Shown here: in pieces, positions 63,357-64,000 of the stretch
Numbering within the stretch: position 1 is the first letter of the stretch
Layout of the letters: each line of letters begins with the position of its first letter
Made by a program: the position numbers and the translations under genes
DNA from: a virus
Taxonomy: Duplodnaviria > Caudoviricetes
Direction: 5' to 3' (one strand)
Length of the DNA stretch: 64,000 nucleotides
Virus record (IMG/VR): IMGVR_UViG_3300005670_000014
Location: 1-64,000 of that record
The notes under the pieces: model-generated
Told to the model about the DNA's origin: nothing
Database searches by the model: none
The model's input: only the letters and a program-made list of their open reading frames with translations

Positions 63357-64000
63357 ATGTTAGATGATATTGACTCTTTTGTTGAATTGGTTGTTACTGA
63401 GGCATGTGATCTGTTGCAATTAACAGCACCAGAAACTTATGCTAAAGTAACAACTGATTCAAGAGTCAATTTATGTGCTCGTGCTGCATATACACAGATT
63501 ACTCATTATTTAAATCGAGATTTGATTTATAAAGAACATTACGAAGAATATTTCGAAGAAGATACTACAATTACATTAAGATGCACACCTGTTTCAGAAA
63601 TTACATTAGTGAGTATTAGTGATACTCGTTATTCTGAAGTGTTGTCAGATCCAGATAAATTCACAGTTTTAGATCCAGATGAAGATTATCGTTTAGTTCG
63701 TGAAAAACGTTTAGTGATTTATAATTTAATTAAACTAGGTGAGATCGTTGGAAGTACGACTCAACGGATAAATGCGTATGTGGAATATACAGGTGGTTAT
63801 TATACTAGTGAAGATATTCCAATCGTTCATAATGCTTTAGTGATGCAAACGGTTGCCAATTATAATCGAGTTCCCGCTTTAGGTTTGACGCAAATTGAAG
63901 GTGGGGGTGGCGATGCTAAAGGTGGTCGATTATTGTTAAATTTAAATTTAGTAGATGCTGGACAGTTGCTAGATTCTGTTAAAATAATGTTAGATCCTTT
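63357..64000 (+). CDS. Head-tail adaptor/connector (3'-truncated by window)
   Basis: MLDDID...AAYTQITHYLNRDL...ITLR.TPVSEI..V...V.YTGGY...P.....AL.MQ; AAGGA RBS; position. Confidence 0.7.
   Translation, partial: MLDDIDSFVELVVTEACDLLQLTAPETYAKVTTDSRVNLCARAAYTQITHYLNRDLIYKEHYEEYFEEDTTITLRCTPVSEITLVSISDTRYSEVLSDPDKFTVLDPDEDYRLVREKRLVIYNLIKLGEIVGSTTQRINAYVEYTGGYYTSEDIPIVHNALVMQTVANYNRVPALGLTQIEGGGGDAKGGRLLLNLNLVDAGQLLDSVKIMLDP

Overview
A 64-kb segment of a large tailed dsDNA bacteriophage (Caudoviricetes). I see no host housekeeping genes, integrase or tRNA, so it looks like free phage rather than a prophage. Sigma70-type promoters, CsrA-like sites and a split NrdJa/NrdJb point to a proteobacterial host (inference). 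There are three blocks. (1) 1-6031 (+): fibre and spike genes (an LRR-tipped fibre and an Rcc01079-like head-spike base), then a RebB/R-body-like gene, an exported thermonuclease and Rha/Bro remnants. (2) About 6030-42800 (-): a 37-kb array of roughly 90 small, mostly orphan early genes. It is driven by 20 or more related TTGCAA-17-TAAAAT/TAAACT promoters and includes a stand-alone Csx16-family candidate ring nuclease (possible anti-type-III CRISPR), a pyrimidine-dimer glycosylase-like gene and two SprT-like proteases. (3) 43360-64000 (+): HNH, queD/queE, primase, exonuclease, SbcC/gp46-like ATPase, dUTPase, dATP/dGTP diphosphohydrolase, intein-containing class II RNR, intein-containing terminase, portal, prohead protease, HK97 capsid and head-tail adaptor. 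The most unusual signal is non-coding. A fixed-position inverted repeat sits over the start site of many early promoters. Five copies of an overlapping double-hairpin lie in intergenic spacers. AGGA-loop hairpins matching the CsrA consensus lie upstream of SD sites. A TGTTTCATATGAAACA palindrome family and a GATC-depleted module cluster at the strand switch. All family calls come from motifs recognised by eye, not from searches. Several start codons were moved from the ORF track to the ATG that follows the phage's GGAG-type RBS.
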